Source of the DNA: a virus
Taxonomy: Duplodnaviria > Caudoviricetes
Length of the DNA stretch: 61,827 bases
Virus record (IMG/VR): IMGVR_UViG_3300043411_000598
Location: 1-61,827 of that record
Strand: one strand, 5' to 3'
Shown here one piece after another: positions 58,850 to 61,827 of this stretch (the first letter of the stretch is position 1; each line of letters opens with the position of its first letter). The position numbers were made by a program, and so were the translations under genes. The notes under the pieces are model-generated. The model searched no databases, was not told where the DNA came from, and worked only from the letters and a program-made list of their open reading frames with translations.

Positions 58850-59860
58850 ATGGCATCCCCCGCAGGCCCACAGTACATTCAGGTTATCACTTCAACCGGG
58901 CCAAAGGTTGGGGCGACGATTGTTTACTCAACTACGGGCGGAGCGCCGCAAGCCGTCTATTCAGATTCCACGCTGCTTGTGTCTCTTGGCGCAACGCTTG
59001 ACGGCTCCAACGCTTCCGATTCTGAGGGCCGGTTTCCAATCCATTGGCTAGACCCTAGCCTCTCCTACAAACGCATCATCAAGCTATCAGATGGATCCAC
59101 CTGGCGCACGGATAATCCCGTGCAGACGGCTGACACGTCGATTGCGACGGCCTTGCTCGCTTATGTTGCGAAGGCTGGCGGAGACATGACCGGGCCTCTC
59201 AATTTCTCCGAGAGCGCATCGGTCACGGCTGCATCCAGCATAAACCTCAACAACATGACCGGCAACTTTGGGCATGTTACTGGCGCCACCGCGATTGATA
59301 CGATGGTGCTGCAACAAGGCGCTTGGCGTATTCTCGTCTTTGACAGCACGCCGCAAATCAATCACTCGTCTAATTTGCTGATCGAAGGCCAAGCTAATAT
59401 CACTGTCGTCGCAGGCGATGCCTGCCTCGCAATTGGCGAAGGCGCAGGCATAACACGGATCATCAAGTTCTTCTTGATTGACGGCAAGCCACTCATTGAG
59501 CCCGCAGAAATCATCGTTCCGGTTGGAGACGAATCTACGGCGATCACTACGGGAGTAGCCAAGCGCACGTTCCGCATGCCGTTTGCCATGACATTGAATG
59601 CAATCCCACGAGGCTCGCTCACCACGGCTAGCAGTTCCGGCATTGTGGACATTGACATCAAGGCTAGTGGCTCCAGTATTTTTTCCACCCGGCTCACGAT
59701 TGATGCCAACGAATCCACTAGCACAAGTGCAGCAACGCCTGCAGTTTTGAGCGATACGTCACTCGCTGACGACGAGCAGATCACGATTGACATCGTGGAT
59801 GACGGGACGAACGCGGCCGGGTTGAAAACGCTGCTCCGTGGTTTGAGGCGCAACCGGTGA
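58850..59860 (+). CDS. Tail protein with P22-like head-binding-type N-terminus
   Basis: VYSDS...SDSEGRF.IHWL..YKRII..DGS..W..DNPV. Confidence 0.65.
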   Translation: MASPAGPQYIQVITSTGPKVGATIVYSTTGGAPQAVYSDSTLLVSLGATLDGSNASDSEGRFPIHWLDPSLSYKRIIKLSDGSTWRTDNPVQTADTSIATALLAYVAKAGGDMTGPLNFSESASVTAASSINLNNMTGNFGHVTGATAIDTMVLQQGAWRILVFDSTPQINHSSNLLIEGQANITVVAGDACLAIGEGAGITRIIKFFLIDGKPLIEPAEIIVPVGDESTAITTGVAKRTFRMPFAMTLNAIPRGSLTTASSSGIVDIDIKASGSSIFSTRLTIDANESTSTSAATPAVLSDTSLADDEQITIDIVDDGTNAAGLKTLLRGLRRNR

Positions 59861-60345
59861 GCGTTGTTCTTTTTCTTGATAGCGGCGACGCCGCATCTGG
59901 CGGAACGGATGTAACGCCTAGCGCGCTGAATTGGGGCAACATCAGCGTCACGGATACCTCAACGGGGTATGAAAGCAATTTTGCTTCCGAGCAAACGCTC
60001 GCGGCCATTGATACACAAATCACGTTGAACGCCGCGTGGACTTCAAGCTCAGGAAGCCCGGCCAAGGGCCAGTGGATCAAGAACGGCGTGGCGGTTCAAT
60101 CGCTAGCGCTTACGCCCGTTACGGTGAACGCCAGCGTTGGCGACAAACTCTATTTCAAGATGTACGCAGGCTACACCTACCCTCTTGGAAATTACGATAC
60201 AGGCACGGTGACTGTAACGAACTTGAGCGATGGCGGCGCTGCAATTGATGCGTTCAACTTCACTGTTCAATTTGTCTATAGCGGTGGCGGCTCGACCAAC
60301 CCCGGAGATGCCACGACTCCTGGCGGCGGTGGCGATGCCAACTAA
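59857..60345 (+). CDS. Putative tail/fibre accessory protein
   Basis: Coupled; Thr/Gly/Ser-rich beta protein; DVTPSALNW motif. Confidence 0.55.
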   Translation: MSVVLFLDSGDAASGGTDVTPSALNWGNISVTDTSTGYESNFASEQTLAAIDTQITLNAAWTSSSGSPAKGQWIKNGVAVQSLALTPVTVNASVGDKLYFKMYAGYTYPLGNYDTGTVTVTNLSDGGAAIDAFNFTVQFVYSGGGSTNPGDATTPGGGGDAN

Positions 60346-60378
60346 GCAATTTCTAACACTCAAAGGCCGGTAAGAGTT

Positions 60379-61827
60379 ATGCTTTCACACCGTAAAGGCG
60401 TCCTCCTCGATGGCATCGGCTCTGAGCTGGTGCGCGCATCTACGGGGGGTGTTCGCAAGACGCTGAGCAAGTGGCTTGGCGATCTTTCAAATGCGATCAA
60501 CCTTGGCGATGTAGCCTCTACGTTCACATCAGGCGACGCCACCCCTTCGGTCTTGAATAACTCCAAGTTCATCACAGCAGGCACTACGGCGATCACCAAC
60601 TTTGACGATGGCGTTGAAGGCCAGACGATCACGGTCTATCGCGGCGCTTCTGACATTTCGATTACCGATAACGCCACTATCGATCCAATTATCGCGGGCG
60701 ATATTACGCTTTCAACGGCTCGCCCTAGCGCTACGTTTCGCCTTGCCTCTGGCGTCTGGAAGCAAGTTGAAGAAGCTGGCGCCCTCTCCTCTGCTATGGC
60801 GCCAGTGGTTCAGGCTGCGACTACAGCATCCGCTAGGCAAAAGTTTGGCGTTACTGGCGCGATCAATCTTATGGACCCTATCTATGGAGCCGTTGGAGAT
60901 GGCGTTACGAATGATCGTCCTGCATTTGTCCTCGCTTTAGCAGATGCAATCTCGCAATCGCGTGCGCTTTACGTTCCTGGCGGATACACGTTCTTTTATG
61001 ATGGCGCAGGGCTAACCGGCGCTCAGATACACATCGTCGGCGACGGCGTTTCGCAGTCCATTATCGTCCTCGGCGCAGGCAAATACCTCGTAGACGACAG
61101 CGCGCTTTGGGGCTCATTCCATATGAGCGGCCTGCGCATTGTGGACGGCGCGGGCGCTGTGCGCAGCACCTACACAAGCTCGATGGTGCAGCTCACCTTC
61201 ACGGTGAGAGACTGCTATTTCTACGGCTATACTGGGCCATGCATCTCGAACAATTCGAGCGACAACCCGCACTGGCAGATTGAAAACTGTATCTTCTGGG
61301 GCGGCGATGACACGACCTGCGTTGGCATTGCGCTCAAAGGTCTGACCGATTCCAACCTCATCAAGCACAACACGTTCCGTAAGAATAAGGTTGCGATCAA
61401 GCTCGGTGATGGCGGCAACAATGCCTATCTCGACTTCAACGACTTCGTTCAATACGACGGCGGATTTGGCCGCGTTGCGGTCCATATCGTGCCTGATGCC
61501 GATGGCACGAACGCGGGCACCGGGCTTTATATCGGCGCGAGCAACAAGTTCGGCAACGAGAACATCGACAGCTCAGACTTCCGCATCGTCTATGCGGATG
61601 AACTGAGTGGGACATATTTCGGCGACAAGCTGCCGGATATGTCCACTAACTCGACCGGCTACATTCGCGGCCACAATATCGGCGGCGCCTTCATTGGCGG
61701 CGGGACCAACCCACAACAACCGCTGATCAAGTCGATGACCAAGCGCGTCTTTGGATGCAGCTATACCAATATCGCGATCGGCGGAACGCCTCCGACTTAT
61801 ATCTTGGAGTTTTCACAGACGCCGGAT
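60379..61827 (+). CDS. Tailspike 2 (3'-truncated), homologous to tailspike 1 but with a different N-terminus
   Basis: Absent from the ORF track because it has no stop. Open from ATG 60379 to the window end (483 codons); YGAVGDGVTND motif; beta-helix nearly identical to tailspike 1. Start uncertain. Confidence 0.9.
   Translation, partial: MLSHRKGVLLDGIGSELVRASTGGVRKTLSKWLGDLSNAINLGDVASTFTSGDATPSVLNNSKFITAGTTAITNFDDGVEGQTITVYRGASDISITDNATIDPIIAGDITLSTARPSATFRLASGVWKQVEEAGALSSAMAPVVQAATTASARQKFGVTGAINLMDPIYGAVGDGVTNDRPAFVLALADAISQSRALYVPGGYTFFYDGAGLTGAQIHIVGDGVSQSIIVLGAGKYLVDDSALWGSFHMSGLRIVDGAGAVRSTYTSSMVQLTFTVRDCYFYGYTGPCISNNSSDNPHWQIENCIFWGGDDTTCVGIALKGLTDSNLIKHNTFRKNKVAIKLGDGGNNAYLDFNDFVQYDGGFGRVAVHIVPDADGTNAGTGLYIGASNKFGNENIDSSDFRIVYADELSGTYFGDKLPDMSTNSTGYIRGHNIGGAFIGGGTNPQQPLIKSMTKRVFGCSYTNIAIGGTPPTYILEFSQTPD

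Larger units (their letters stand above)
1..61827. mobile_element. Tailed phage genome (podovirus, epsilon15/BPP-1-like), integrase-encoding, circularly permuted; right end possibly chimeric
   Basis: Terminase, T7-type portal, scaffold, capsid, adaptor, nozzle, ejection proteins, tailspike, integrase, recombination and replication modules; no block of host housekeeping genes. Confidence 0.95.

Noticed and set aside
234-61606. Many long overlapping or antisense ORFs in the track (e.g. 234-1079, 27440-28102, 30343-30972)
   Set aside because: Shadow ORFs expected in GC-rich DNA; no motifs, and they overlap well-supported genes.
4855-61827. Diversity-generating retroelement (TR/VR pair), suggested by the BPP-1-like architecture and duplicated tailspike sequence
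   Set aside because: No reverse transcriptase ORF. Differences between the copies involve all bases and are mostly synonymous, not adenine-specific.
61710-61827. Terminal direct repeat indicating a complete circular genome
   Set aside because: The match is to an internal site (5691-5808), not to the window start.

Overview
The window is an essentially complete, circularly permuted podovirus-type phage genome with epsilon15/BPP-1-like architecture. The host is probably an alphaproteobacterium, likely Caulobacterales, inferred from a GcrA-like gene, CtrA-like boxes and a GTA-type holin. Gene order: last ejection protein (1-2.7 kb); antisense membrane gene, RNA leader and RHH regulator; tailspike 1; holin and spanins with no recognisable endolysin; a second antisense membrane gene and an outer-membrane beta-barrel; tyrosine integrase; a ~16 kb leftward early operon (HNH nucleases, phosphoesterase, methylase-like gene, exonuclease, ERF); a Cro-like gene with two operators but no cI; RNA ligase; GcrA fragment; iteron-bearing replication initiator; split primase-helicase; terminase, portal, scaffold, capsid, LAGLIDADG endonuclease, adaptor, nozzle and ejection proteins. 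The last ~4 kb switch to a different tail architecture and end in a second tailspike whose final 118 nt are identical to 5691-5808. This points to a rho-shaped or chimeric assembly, or to tailspike sharing between two phages. Best candidates for novelty: two related 4-TM membrane genes bracketing the tailspike-lysis module (one behind a promoter-structured RNA-terminator leader), a 7-copy phage-specific late promoter, a family of gene-boundary repeats in the accessory operon, cI-less regulation with cell-cycle signatures, and an HTH-array polyvalent ejection protein. All family calls come from motif recognition by eye; no searches or folding programs were run.
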